Part shown: positions 27,744 through 37,945 of the stretch, piece after piece
Layout of the letters: the number at the start of each line of letters is the position of its first letter
Position numbering within the stretch: the stretch's first letter is position 1
DNA from: Thermoprotei archaeon
Lineage (GTDB): Archaea; Thermoproteota; Thermoprotei; Thermoproteales; B15-G16
NCBI GenBank assembly: GCA_003649205.1
Contig: QMRC01000002.1
Coordinates: 32,001 to 96,000 of the forward strand
Length of the DNA: 64,000 nt
Direction of reading: 5' to 3'
Program-made: the position numbers and the translations under genes
Notes under the pieces: generated by a model
Databases searched by the model: none
Told to the model about the DNA's origin: nothing
Seen by the model: the letters and a program-made list of their open reading frames with translations, nothing else

Positions 27744-30700
27744 CCTAGTAGATGCCTACACGATATTCGGCTTCCTCGATAGGCCATTTCACCCTGTTGG
27801 TTTGGTCCCCATTAGACGATTTCACAGAGCTGTTGGCTTAGGACCTGAACTCAGTAAGGTATTGAGTACCTTAGAGAGGTTTATAATCAGTAGAGAGAAC
27901 CTACTCTTCCTCGTAGTTGCTGAGTACGGTTGGGGTAAGAGTGAGCTACTTGACGAGATCGAGCACATAATCCACGAGATGTTTAGCGACAAGGTTGTGG
28001 TAGTTAGAGAGGTTCTCACACCCGAGCTAAAGCTACCTCTAGACAAGATCTGTAAGCTACGTGAGGAGACGAATAAGCACATCGTAGTGTTAGTAGATGA
28101 AGTTGATGAACTATCCAGATTAGCATCTGCTGTTCTACGCGAAGAGGAGATACCAGACTCAATTAGGAAGGCTTTTGTAGACTTCGGAACTAGTCTCAGA
28201 GCATTACTCGAACCGCGCGTATTCTCATCAGTACTCAGAGGTAAGGTCATAGACAAGGTACTACTCATTCTAGCCGTAACACCACAGCTAGCTACACTAC
28301 TCTCTAGGTGTGTACCAGATGTATTCACAGCTGTTAGAGGTAGGATATGTGGTGAAGTTAGGCTAGAGAAGTTCCTCTACTGGCAGCTAGAGGGCTTAGT
28401 CGTAACGAGGTTGATCTCGTACTCATCACCAGAAAGAAGGCAGTTAATCGAGAAGGGTAAGCTACATCCATACCACCCCTTCATTAGAGATGCACTACCA
28501 ACGCTGTACACACTAGCTAAGAGCATCGAAGTTAGAGAAACACCCTCACCGAGGCTCCTAGTTAAGCTACTCTCAGCACTAATGGATGAGGCAATACTCC
28601 ACTCAATACGAGAAGGTACTAAGGAATTGAGAACAATAGGTGTTGAAGACATAGTCGAAGTAATCTCTAAGTGCACTGAAGCAGGTGAGAAGATAGTAGA
28701 CAGAGAGTACTTGGAGGAGCTACTGAATGCAGTACAGAAACGTGAGGAGAAACTAGTACTCAAAATACTAGCACTCTCCGAAATACCACGAACACTAGAC
28801 TCAATAGAGTACGAGCTAAGAACTAGGTATGGAATCACCACAAATACCGAGCAAATAATCAACACATTAATTGCTAGAAACTTAGTGAGAAAACTGGCAG
28901 CAGTAAAAGTACCACTAAATCGGGAAGTACTAACAAAACTGAATAGACTAAGGCTAAAGTTTGGCCTACCACCAGTACCAACAACCATAGACAAACTCTC
29001 CATAGAGTATCCCAACTACGTAGCTAGATACGAAGGTACAGTCGAGAGAGAAACGAAGATCCTGATTGAGATCTACTTCCCACCACTTCCTGAAATACTC
29101 AGAGAACTACAGGAACAAAAGCTAGAGATCAACTACGTGTACACAGTTCCAGAGGAGATAAATGCCATAGTCTTCAGGAAGAAACTACCTAAACATCTAG
29201 AGGAGATCCGTAGGAAAATACATGAAGCAAGCGAAGAATTCACAGCACTACTAAAAGCACCAACAATAGACTCAGAACTCTACACAAGACTACACACAAT
29301 AGTTGTCAGCAAGATCGTGAACATAGCACCAAAAGGTACTCTGAGGTACGTAAAGACTAGCGACCTAGGGACAGTATCCGTAGACGATGTAAGAGAAGGA
29401 CTTAGAGTATGCTACGTAACAGTACTAATCAACGAGTACACACAAAAGTTCATAGACCTAGACAAACTACTTGAAGTACTGAGGAAGATCATTAGACAAG
29501 GCTTCATCAGCGGTTACGAAGGTAGGAAATACGTCAAATTACCTTTCGACGCTCTAGTACTAGTAGTAGTTAGCACCACAAGGACAACACAGGAAATACA
29601 GGAAGAAATCACTAAATTCCTTCAATCAACTAGGTGGAAGATCTTCGACCTAACATCAGATAACTTCGTACACATAGAGATCTACGGTAGAGACAAGCTA
29701 GATGAACTAAGGTACGCATACATAGGTGCTCACCTAGGTCTAGGAGATGTACCGGAGGAGTACAGGGTATTTACACAGGTAGCTCAAGAACTTAGATCGA
29801 GAGTAGCTGGCTCACTTCAGGAAGTACTTAGACGCTACATAGACCTAGGTCTCGTAGTAGGACTACGTCTAAAACCCGGTAGGAGTAAGGACATAGCACT
29901 TAGAGACATAGTTAGGAAGTGGATACTCAACGAGAAAATCACCGATCAACCACCAGTATTCTGTAGTGAAGATGGTACACCTAGAATATCACCAGTCGAG
30001 CTCACCCTCTACAGATACCTACAGTCTGCCCTTGGTGAAATGCCAATAAGCTGTGAAGTACTTACCGAGCTGATTAGATCAGCGTACCCAGTTAGATTGT
30101 GGAGGAACTTCAAGGAAGACGACCTAGTGAAAGCTATGAAGTTAAGAGGATTACTCATACCACAATCAATTGAGGAAAGAGCATACTACGTAATTGGCCC
30201 AAGTACAGTAAAGTACGCCATCAAGTACCTAAGGGCGAGAGTTAATGCAGCTAGAAACAAACTCAGACTAGAAACCACAGTCGTGATCACACATAGATTA
30301 CTAAGTAGAGAAATAGTGGTTAAAGTACCTGAAACAAGTACGAAGGTAAGAGAGCTAGAGATGAAGCTAAATGACATAGAGAACGAACTCAACATCTTAG
30401 AGGAAGTAGCAAACGCACTCAAGTCACCAGAGAGCATTTTAGAGGTATTCATAGTCAGATATGCAAAGCTAAACATGGAAATAGATGAGATATGCGAGAA
30501 ACTAGATGAAGTAGCTAAAGCACTAAGTGACGAGATCAGCAATGTCAAGATGGATGTCCTCAACTTCCTAACAACACTAGAAGCAAATCTATCAGATGTA
30601 TGGTCAGCAATAAACAAACTACCTGACACACTGAAGAACGAAGTCAACAAAGTAGTTACAGACTTTGTGAATGACATACTGAAGAGATTAACATCGTGCA

Positions 30701-31467
30701 AGATCTGGGACCTCGAATACCTAAAAGCAGTACTAACAACAATGAGAAAAGACATAGAGAACCTAAGGAACTACGTACAAGACTTCACCACGGCAGTGAT
30801 GAATCTCCTCGACTACACTAGAAACTACAGTGAAGCAATAGACGTACTAATCAAGATAACAGACAATACAGCACTCAAACAGGAGAGACTAAGCACAGAT
30901 GAGGTACTCACCGACATAGCTGAGGTAGTGAAGATACACGAGGTAAGCACCTGGAACAAGGTAATAGAGAAGATTAGAGAGTGGTGCACAGAACTACAGC
31001 AGAAAATAGCTGAAGTAGATAGAGAGGTTAGAGCTAGACTACTAAAGACAGAAGAAGAGTACCGAGTACTCACGAGAAAACTCGAGTGGATCAACCAACG
31101 AATACTCAAGACAAAGGTAAGTACAGAACTCAATACTCAACTACTGGAGAAAGTCAAGAAGATATGCAGGGAACTGAGCACAGAACCCAAATTACTACAC
31201 CTCTACACCTTCGATAGACCACTACTGTTCACAGAGCTAGAGAAGTTCAGAGAAGCCAGGGAAGTAGTGACGTCACTACTCCATGAACTAGCAAATACCT
31301 TGAAGACAAAAGTGGAGATCCTAGACTACATAGCGTCACTAGGATACAATAGAGGTATTGACGTACAGGAGTTGGTAAAGATCTCGAACTTAAGTGAAGG
31401 TGAGGTAGTTAAGGTACTTGAGAACCTAGCTAAACTAGGTATTGTCGAGAAGAAGTACGTGACCTAG
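27730..31467 (+). CDS. large AAA+-type P-loop ATPase with wHTH repeats and a long coiled coil
   Basis: Walker A AEYGWGKS, Walker B VVLVDEVDE, HPF and SPR motifs, heptad-rich region (about aa 830-1190), C-terminal wHTH. Confidence 0.8.
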   Translation: MRNPNLVDAYTIFGFLDRPFHPVGLVPIRRFHRAVGLGPELSKVLSTLERFIISRENLLFLVVAEYGWGKSELLDEIEHIIHEMFSDKVVVVREVLTPELKLPLDKICKLREETNKHIVVLVDEVDELSRLASAVLREEEIPDSIRKAFVDFGTSLRALLEPRVFSSVLRGKVIDKVLLILAVTPQLATLLSRCVPDVFTAVRGRICGEVRLEKFLYWQLEGLVVTRLISYSSPERRQLIEKGKLHPYHPFIRDALPTLYTLAKSIEVRETPSPRLLVKLLSALMDEAILHSIREGTKELRTIGVEDIVEVISKCTEAGEKIVDREYLEELLNAVQKREEKLVLKILALSEIPRTLDSIEYELRTRYGITTNTEQIINTLIARNLVRKLAAVKVPLNREVLTKLNRLRLKFGLPPVPTTIDKLSIEYPNYVARYEGTVERETKILIEIYFPPLPEILRELQEQKLEINYVYTVPEEINAIVFRKKLPKHLEEIRRKIHEASEEFTALLKAPTIDSELYTRLHTIVVSKIVNIAPKGTLRYVKTSDLGTVSVDDVREGLRVCYVTVLINEYTQKFIDLDKLLEVLRKIIRQGFISGYEGRKYVKLPFDALVLVVVSTTRTTQEIQEEITKFLQSTRWKIFDLTSDNFVHIEIYGRDKLDELRYAYIGAHLGLGDVPEEYRVFTQVAQELRSRVAGSLQEVLRRYIDLGLVVGLRLKPGRSKDIALRDIVRKWILNEKITDQPPVFCSEDGTPRISPVELTLYRYLQSALGEMPISCEVLTELIRSAYPVRLWRNFKEDDLVKAMKLRGLLIPQSIEERAYYVIGPSTVKYAIKYLRARVNAARNKLRLETTVVITHRLLSREIVVKVPETSTKVRELEMKLNDIENELNILEEVANALKSPESILEVFIVRYAKLNMEIDEICEKLDEVAKALSDEISNVKMDVLNFLTTLEANLSDVWSAINKLPDTLKNEVNKVVTDFVNDILKRLTSCKIWDLEYLKAVLTTMRKDIENLRNYVQDFTTAVMNLLDYTRNYSEAIDVLIKITDNTALKQERLSTDEVLTDIAEVVKIHEVSTWNKVIEKIREWCTELQQKIAEVDREVRARLLKTEEEYRVLTRKLEWINQRILKTKVSTELNTQLLEKVKKICRELSTEPKLLHLYTFDRPLLFTELEKFREAREVVTSLLHELANTLKTKVEILDYIASLGYNRGIDVQELVKISNLSEGEVVKVLENLAKLGIVEKKYVT

Positions 31468-31469
31468 GA

Positions 31470-32243
31470 GTGATGACCATGTACATACTCCTAGCACCTA
31501 AATCCACAGCAACTACTAGAGCACGAGTACTCGCAGAAAAACTACAGAAGAAACTAGGAGTAAATGTAAAGATTAGCGAGAAACCAGTAGAGAACACAAA
31601 GCTCAATATAGTGCTACAAACATTTTGGAACTCAGAACTACTTGACCTAGTTAAGAAAGTGAGGTGTAGGTACCTCATAGTTGCTGATAGTGAAGATCTA
31701 CTGAAGGAATTTGGTATCCACAACTACGCCAGCAAACCAGCTATAGTAATGGTTAGAGGCTCTAGGAACTACACACTTAAAGCACACATCGGGACAAAAG
31801 CATTCAAGAACGGTATAGACCTGGTAGCGTCACCAGATGGTACACCGTATTCAATTCAGATAGGTACAGGATACCTAATAGCGATCAAGCCCTTTAAAGT
31901 AGATGAGAAGTTAGTAACTGAGAACTTCGTCGAAGATATTAAGCAGATAGTACAGGCACTAACTCACAATCATGAGAAGCAGAGAGACATCACTAAGATA
32001 GTTGCAGTACTGAAAGAGAAGATAAGAGAAGAGAGGAGGAGAGAGTACTTCTCAAAAACTGCGAGAGCGCTTGAGTACATAGCTAGTGGGGACGTAACCA
32101 ACATAGATGCTACAACACTAGAGCTACTAGTTGACCTTGGTCTCGTCAAAGTACTTGAGACAGAATCTCAGTACAAGTTCATACCTAACACAGATCTCGC
32201 AAGACAGGTAATTAGAACACTAGAACGTGAAGGTTACCTATGA
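31470..32243 (+). CDS. uncharacterised protein with C-terminal coiled coil and wHTH
   Basis: 257 aa; LELLVDLGLVKV wing motif; tightly coupled to its neighbours. Confidence 0.7.
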   Translation: MMTMYILLAPKSTATTRARVLAEKLQKKLGVNVKISEKPVENTKLNIVLQTFWNSELLDLVKKVRCRYLIVADSEDLLKEFGIHNYASKPAIVMVRGSRNYTLKAHIGTKAFKNGIDLVASPDGTPYSIQIGTGYLIAIKPFKVDEKLVTENFVEDIKQIVQALTHNHEKQRDITKIVAVLKEKIREERRREYFSKTARALEYIASGDVTNIDATTLELLVDLGLVKVLETESQYKFIPNTDLARQVIRTLEREGYL

Positions 32244-33334
32244 CAACACCACTAGAGAACATCATAAGGGAAGTATACAGAGCAGCTGAGAGAGTATTCC
32301 CAAAGGTAAGATCAAAGCTCCTCGAACTAAGTCGTGAAGTGAATAAGCTAAGTACTGAATTCGCTAATCCAATTGAGAGAAGCAAATTGAGATACATCGT
32401 AGTAACGGTTGATAGTGGCTTCATAAAGCTAAAGTACGCAAACTTCGCTATAGCTATAGTCGTAGCACATGCAATATCATCAGTAGGTAAGGGACAGGTA
32501 GTTAACGTAGCAGCTGAACCAGTCATGATAAAGACCTTGAAGAGAAGTGAGTACGCACTCCACTACGTATCCAAAATCATCGAGTACAGATGCCTACACA
32601 ACGTACTTGAGAAGGTACTCAGAGAGAAGACCAGCGAAGATGTAGTGGTCCTACTCGATGGAGCACTAACGTACCCCGAAGAGAGAACCGATGATATCGA
32701 ACTCACAAAACTCTACCAAGAGTACCGTAGAGAGTACGAGAAGGTACTTGCAATACTAGAGAGTTACAGAGATAGAACCTACGTAGTAGCTATAGCAAAG
32801 GACCTACCAGTAGACAAGTACCTAGATGCTCTCGAAGAACTAACTGAGTACAGAGGAGTAGAGAAATTCCGTAGTCTACATACATGGCTCTGTAGAGCTA
32901 CAGAACTACTCCACGAGAGAACTGCAGTAGACATACTACTCAGAGCTAGAGGAGTACCATCGTACCTACACCCAGTTAGAGTAGATAACTTGAGAAAGTA
33001 CAGAGCACCTACAGTACCACAGATATCTAGGTACGGCGTCTACGGCACATACGTGAAGCTAACACACTTGAGAAGACCACTCTACGTAGAGTTCATTGGG
33101 TGGAATCTACCCAAGGTAAGCACACTGATGACGGTACTGTACGAAACATCTATCTACAGCCCTAGGCCAGGTTACCCGGCACCACTCTTCATAGTTGACA
33201 GATTGACTAAGGTCGATAAAGCCATAGCGAGAGCCATAGCAACAGCAATAGAGTACGCAGCAAAACACGCACTAGGTGAGCTATATGTACAGGTCTTTAC
33301 ACCCACATTAAGGGAAGAGTACGAGCACTACTGA
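32240..33334 (+). CDS. NurA-family (RNase H-fold) nuclease, stand-alone paralogue
   Basis: VVTVDSG, VLLDGAL, AIAKD, GYPAPLFIVD motifs. Confidence 0.8.
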   Translation: MTTPLENIIREVYRAAERVFPKVRSKLLELSREVNKLSTEFANPIERSKLRYIVVTVDSGFIKLKYANFAIAIVVAHAISSVGKGQVVNVAAEPVMIKTLKRSEYALHYVSKIIEYRCLHNVLEKVLREKTSEDVVVLLDGALTYPEERTDDIELTKLYQEYRREYEKVLAILESYRDRTYVVAIAKDLPVDKYLDALEELTEYRGVEKFRSLHTWLCRATELLHERTAVDILLRARGVPSYLHPVRVDNLRKYRAPTVPQISRYGVYGTYVKLTHLRRPLYVEFIGWNLPKVSTLMTVLYETSIYSPRPGYPAPLFIVDRLTKVDKAIARAIATAIEYAAKHALGELYVQVFTPTLREEYEHY

Positions 33335-34014
33335 TGCGAAGTACGTACCGACTTGAGTTCTCTGATCAAAGCTCTACACTTCTCAACAGCATCAATAGCA
33401 TCCCTACCCCAAGCATCAGCACCAATACTCTTAGCAAACTCCTCAGTTGTAGGTAAACCACCAATAATCACCTTAACCCTATCCCTAAGACCTCTCTCAC
33501 GAAGTAACTCGACAACCCTCCTCATCTCATCCAGCACCGTAGTTAGGAGCGCTGACATAGCAACAATACCAGCACCATACCTCTCAACAGCCTCCACAAA
33601 CTTTTCAGGCGGTACGTCAACACCAAGATCAATAACCCTGAAACCAGCTGCTCTCAACATCGTAGCTACTAAGTTCTTACCAATGTCATGAATATCACCA
33701 CGAACAGTACCAATAACAACCGTACCAACCTCACCACTAGCCTCAATACACTCAACCAACTTAGGCTCCAAAACCCTAAGACACTCCCTAAAGATCTCAG
33801 AAGCTAAAAGCAACTCAGCTAAGTAGTACTCACCACGCTCAAACCTCTCACCAATAATCCTCATACCATCACTAAGAGCACGAAACACAATATCCCTAGC
33901 CGATACACCATGCTTTATAGCTTCCTCAACAAGCCTAAGTACCTCATCCAACTTAAGCTCCACAAATGAATCACGAATCCTAGCTAAAACATCACCACTA
34001 CACTGCATACACAC
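33328..34014 (-). CDS. methyltransferase cognate corrinoid (B12-binding) protein
   Basis: GTVRGDIHDIGKNLV, DLGVDV, MSALLTT, IIGG. Confidence 0.92.
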   Translation of the reverse strand: MCMQCSGDVLARIRDSFVELKLDEVLRLVEEAIKHGVSARDIVFRALSDGMRIIGERFERGEYYLAELLLASEIFRECLRVLEPKLVECIEASGEVGTVVIGTVRGDIHDIGKNLVATMLRAAGFRVIDLGVDVPPEKFVEAVERYGAGIVAMSALLTTVLDEMRRVVELLRERGLRDRVKVIIGGLPTTEEFAKSIGADAWGRDAIDAVEKCRALIRELKSVRTSHQ

Positions 34015-34071
34015 CGAGGAGTGAAGTACAGATGTATAAGTTTATAATGACTACTCTCAGGGAGAAGCGAG

Positions 34072-34650
34072 GTGATCCCTGTGAGAACAAAGCTATCACC
34101 CATCACATTGACAATTCTGCTAATTACAGTACTAGTAATTGGGTGCGTACTATACACGTACCTCACAAGAGAGGAAACTTCAGGTGCAGTTATAGAAGTA
34201 CTTCCTGACACCAAGTACTACACCGAGGTACTTAAAGCAATTAGGAGCAGTAAGAAGTACATACTCGTAGCAATGTACTTAGCTAAGTACGATCCAGATG
34301 ACCTAGAGGATAGAGCAAATGACCTACTTAGAGAACTCATCAAGGCTAGACAACGTGGAGTTAAAGTCTATGTGTACCTAGAGTACAGGACATATAGCGG
34401 TACCATTAAGGAAAATCTCCTAACAGCAACCTTCCTGAAGAGATTTGGAGTAGAGGTGAGGCTGGATAACCAGACAGATACAGATCACATGAAGTTAGTG
34501 ATCGTAGATGGTGAAGTAGCGTTCGTAGGAAGTCATAACTGGAGTGAAGCTGCTCTAACGTACAATCACGAGCTATCAGTCAAGATCAAGAGTAGAGAGG
34601 TAGTGAAGGTACTGGAGAGGTACTTCTGGTTACTCTGGCACAGAGGTTAG
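34072..34650 (+). CDS. membrane-anchored phospholipase D-like (single HKD) protein
   Basis: N-terminal TM helix; HMKLVIVD...GSHNWS...NHE. Confidence 0.85.
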   Translation: MIPVRTKLSPITLTILLITVLVIGCVLYTYLTREETSGAVIEVLPDTKYYTEVLKAIRSSKKYILVAMYLAKYDPDDLEDRANDLLRELIKARQRGVKVYVYLEYRTYSGTIKENLLTATFLKRFGVEVRLDNQTDTDHMKLVIVDGEVAFVGSHNWSEAALTYNHELSVKIKSREVVKVLERYFWLLWHRG

Positions 34651-34697
34651 CTATGGGAATTAAACTTAAGAATGGGTAGTGAAGATCCTGTATCCTG

Positions 34698-35390
34698 ATG
34701 CACGAGCATAAGGTAGGAGGTAGGTCGCTAACTGTACTACTCGTACTATCATTACTGTACTGTGGAGCATACGTATCGTGTAACATAGCTGCACAGAAGC
34801 TAACACAAATAGGCTTCTTCACTGTACCAGCAGTGATCTTCGTATTTTGGTTCGTCGTACAGCTACTAGACATAATAAATGAGTTCTATGGATGGGAAGT
34901 AGCGTTCCAGGTAGCTACCATCTCCATGATAGTTAACATAATTGTTTCACTACTATTACTCGTAGCCGTGTACCTACCACCCTCACCAGTACAGTCACCA
35001 GAACTACATGAATGGTACTTCAGATTCTTCACGTGGAGTCCAAGAATTACATTAGCTAGCGTAGTAGCCTACCTCATATCCACCTACGTAGACACCAAGA
35101 TCTTTGACTACCTGAAGAAGATAACCAAGAGAAAACACTTTTGGCTAAGAGAAAACATCTCAACAGCCGTAAGTCAATTAATCGACTCAACACTCTTCAT
35201 ACACATAGCGTTCCTAGGTACAATACCGTACGGTGCCGTACTGTACACAGCAGTATGTCAGTACAGCTTCAAGATGTTGATAAATGTACTAGATACTCCA
35301 CTGATGTACCTGTACAGATACCTCGTATCGAGAGCACTACAACAAGTAATCACAGTACCGAAACCACAACTAATACATACTGTACAGTAG
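34698..35390 (+). CDS. queuosine/preQ0 precursor transporter (YhhQ/VUT family)
   Basis: DIINEFYG, PRITLAS..AYLIS, WLRENISTAVSQLIDS, LDTP. Confidence 0.88.
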   Translation: MHEHKVGGRSLTVLLVLSLLYCGAYVSCNIAAQKLTQIGFFTVPAVIFVFWFVVQLLDIINEFYGWEVAFQVATISMIVNIIVSLLLLVAVYLPPSPVQSPELHEWYFRFFTWSPRITLASVVAYLISTYVDTKIFDYLKKITKRKHFWLRENISTAVSQLIDSTLFIHIAFLGTIPYGAVLYTAVCQYSFKMLINVLDTPLMYLYRYLVSRALQQVITVPKPQLIHTVQ

Positions 35391-35402
35391 CTAAGGTAGT
35401 AG

Positions 35403-36221
35403 GTGAGCACAATGAAGAACATTGATGCAGCACTACAACTAGTACCACCGAAGAGCGTCTTCATGATCTTAGTAGCTGTAATGATCGTGAACACAGCAGT
35501 AAACGTAGTACCTGGAGTAATGCCAGAGCTATTGAGGAACACAATTGGTATAGCTCTGTCCTGCTTCTCCCAGCTAGTGATAGCGTACCTACTGTACAGT
35601 GGCTTAAAGGTTGAGAGCTTTCACGTAAATGATCTACTATCTACGCTACAGGACCTATGTAAGATCATTAGTGAGAAGTATCCCGAACAAAAGCAGGTAC
35701 TGTATGAACTGGAGAGAGTAAGAACCTCAGCACAAAAGGTACCGAGGAGAAGAGTAACGTTACTGGTTACAATCTACGTAGTGTTTGGACTAACTTCGCT
35801 CCTACTAGTCCTATACAGTGTCTGGAAGCTAAGAGGATTACTCGAGCAATTAATTACAGGTATCAGCATTGAGGAAATATACCTGTACCTAGGTATCGCA
35901 AGTTTAGGTGGATTACTCGCAATAGTTAGTGTAGTAGCTCTATTCTACGCACTACACGTACTTAACAAAGATCTACTCGAGGTGGAGAAGATCGAGGATA
36001 GTGTAGCTCTCATACTCAGGACATCAGGTATAGCCTCTACACCTGAGAGAACATACACAGTACCGAAGAGAAGTACAGCTCTCTACATCGTACTCTCACT
36101 GATAACCCTCGGCATATTCATACTATACTGGATCTACGTCGTAATACTGAGAGACCTCAGAAATCATCTCCTAGAGGATAGAGCAATAGCACAGCAAATA
36201 ACGCACCTAGTACTAACCTAA
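35403..36221 (+). CDS. membrane protein with DUF4234-like C-terminus
   Basis: RS..LYIVLSLITLGIFILYWIY. Confidence 0.7.
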   Translation: MSTMKNIDAALQLVPPKSVFMILVAVMIVNTAVNVVPGVMPELLRNTIGIALSCFSQLVIAYLLYSGLKVESFHVNDLLSTLQDLCKIISEKYPEQKQVLYELERVRTSAQKVPRRRVTLLVTIYVVFGLTSLLLVLYSVWKLRGLLEQLITGISIEEIYLYLGIASLGGLLAIVSVVALFYALHVLNKDLLEVEKIEDSVALILRTSGIASTPERTYTVPKRSTALYIVLSLITLGIFILYWIYVVILRDLRNHLLEDRAIAQQITHLVLT

Positions 36222-36773
36222 CTTCAAGCACCTAAACCATTACCCACACGTAAACTAGGTAACTACCCTCTATTTTTAGGTACAATCACGTTGTCACAAG
36301 TACTAGAACACTGAGAATACAGCTTCACAAGCTATTAGCACACGAGCTAGAATTGATATACATTGTACCCTAGTGCTTATGAGAGTACTCGTAACCAGTA
36401 CCTTCATAGTAGTGACATCACTTATTGGAAAACCACCACAGCAATGGCACCAACCATACCCTCAACAACCCCCTCAGCAGTAACACTACCACTCGTAGTC
36501 ACGCTGTGAGCATTCGTAGTCACCCCCACAGGTGAGACAAGGTAAATTAGCAAAGAAATTTGCTACCTCAGAGATAGTCAACGTCCTTGAGAAATAGAAG
36601 TTGGTAAGTACCTGATAACCGTGGTAGTACTAGCTGTAATAGCGTACATCATAGCACTAATCACACAGCTAGCAAATGAAGTAGGCATATTGATAACCAT
36701 CACAATCACACCACCATACATACTCCTCAGAGGAAAGGTACTGAGCCTGTACTCAAAGTAACAGGTAGACCCC

Positions 36774-37646
36774 TCAACCCCCCCTACATCTTTGAACTAG
36801 AATCAAGAGTACTCTACGTACATAATGTCGAAGAGGTGATTTACTGAGTAGACCAATTCTAGTCGAAAGTATTAGTACATGAATTAGGTACTTAATCACT
36901 ACCCTGAGACTAAACTTCGAGAAACCACTCAACCTAAGACCAAACGAGAACGGCACCTCACATACCTTACCAGTAGGTGTCAGCGAGAGTACATCCAGTA
37001 AGATCTTCCAACTATACCCATAGTACCGACGTAACTTCTCAAGCAAATCCCTACGAGCTAGGAAGAAACCACTCTGTAAATCACGTACAGCCCTAAACCT
37101 AGGAACTAGCAACCACGCAGTGAAAGTAGCGAACCTAGAGATTAAGCGACGAATAGGACCCATACCCCTAGCAGAACCACCAGGAACAAACCTACTAGCA
37201 ATAACCAACCAGTACCCACACCTAGTAGCTAGCAAGAACATCTTAGGCACTAAAGCAGGAGGATGCTGACCATCACTATCCATCACAACAACGTACTCAC
37301 CACTAGCCCACTTAAGACCATCGATAATAGCTGAGTAGAGACCAAATCTACCAGGCCTCACAACAACTCTCACAGGATAGTACTTAGAGAACAACTTAGC
37401 TACATCAGCAGTCCTGTCAGGACTAGAATCATCAACAATAACCTCGTAATCAATACCACACCTAGACAATACAGTACACAGATCACGAAGTACACGCTTC
37501 AAACCACGAAACTCACAGTACGTTGGAATAATAACAGAGACAGAAGTCACCAACCTAAACCACACCCAAGCAGAACTAAGGATTAACCTAAACAACACAG
37601 AGAAGGCATCATCATTAACATCAAGACCACGGTAGCACTGCAACAA
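36774..37646 (-). CDS. GT2 polyprenol-phosphate mannosyltransferase-like (possibly decaying)
   Basis: SVIIPTY.E, VDDSSPD.T, MDSDGQHPP, ASRF, R..G.SK. Confidence 0.8.
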   Translation of the reverse strand: MLQCYRGLDVNDDAFSVLFRLILSSAWVWFRLVTSVSVIIPTYCEFRGLKRVLRDLCTVLSRCGIDYEVIVDDSSPDRTADVAKLFSKYYPVRVVVRPGRFGLYSAIIDGLKWASGEYVVVMDSDGQHPPALVPKMFLLATRCGYWLVIASRFVPGGSARGMGPIRRLISRFATFTAWLLVPRFRAVRDLQSGFFLARRDLLEKLRRYYGYSWKILLDVLSLTPTGKVCEVPFSFGLRLSGFSKFSLRVVIKYLIHVLILSTRIGLLSKSPLRHYVRRVLLILVQRCRGG

Positions 37647-37945
37647 CGTAAAACACTCAAAACAAAAGCAACACTACTGGTCAGTACACTACAGAGAATA
37701 CATACCTCCTATCACAATACCAAACTCGCTAATCTAGTTGCGTCAGGTACACTAACTACATAACTCTATAACTCTCTTAGTAAACCCATGTAGAATCTAC
37801 TGATGTACTTCTACACCCCGACATCTGAATGCTGCTAGGATTAGTGCTGTTGCTAATGCTGAGGGATACAGCTACTTCAACGTAAACTTTCTTACCTATG
37901 AGATGCCGATCCCTCACTTCCTCTAGCCTTGATTTTCAACTACTT

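Noticed and set aside
27822-31133. Long antisense ORFs (also 4762-5250, 8473-8985 and others)
   Set aside because: Ser/Leu-rich shadows of real genes, explained by codon bias
27730-31467. SMC/Rad50/JetC
   Set aside because: Walker A and B are both N-terminal; no ABC signature, hinge or zinc hook
34072-34650. PLD nuclease as part of the ATPase-NurA system
   Set aside because: Separated by an opposite-strand gene and has an N-terminal membrane anchor
36360-36765. Hydrophobic ORF fragments
   Set aside because: Interrupted by stops; possibly a membrane-protein remnant, but unassignable
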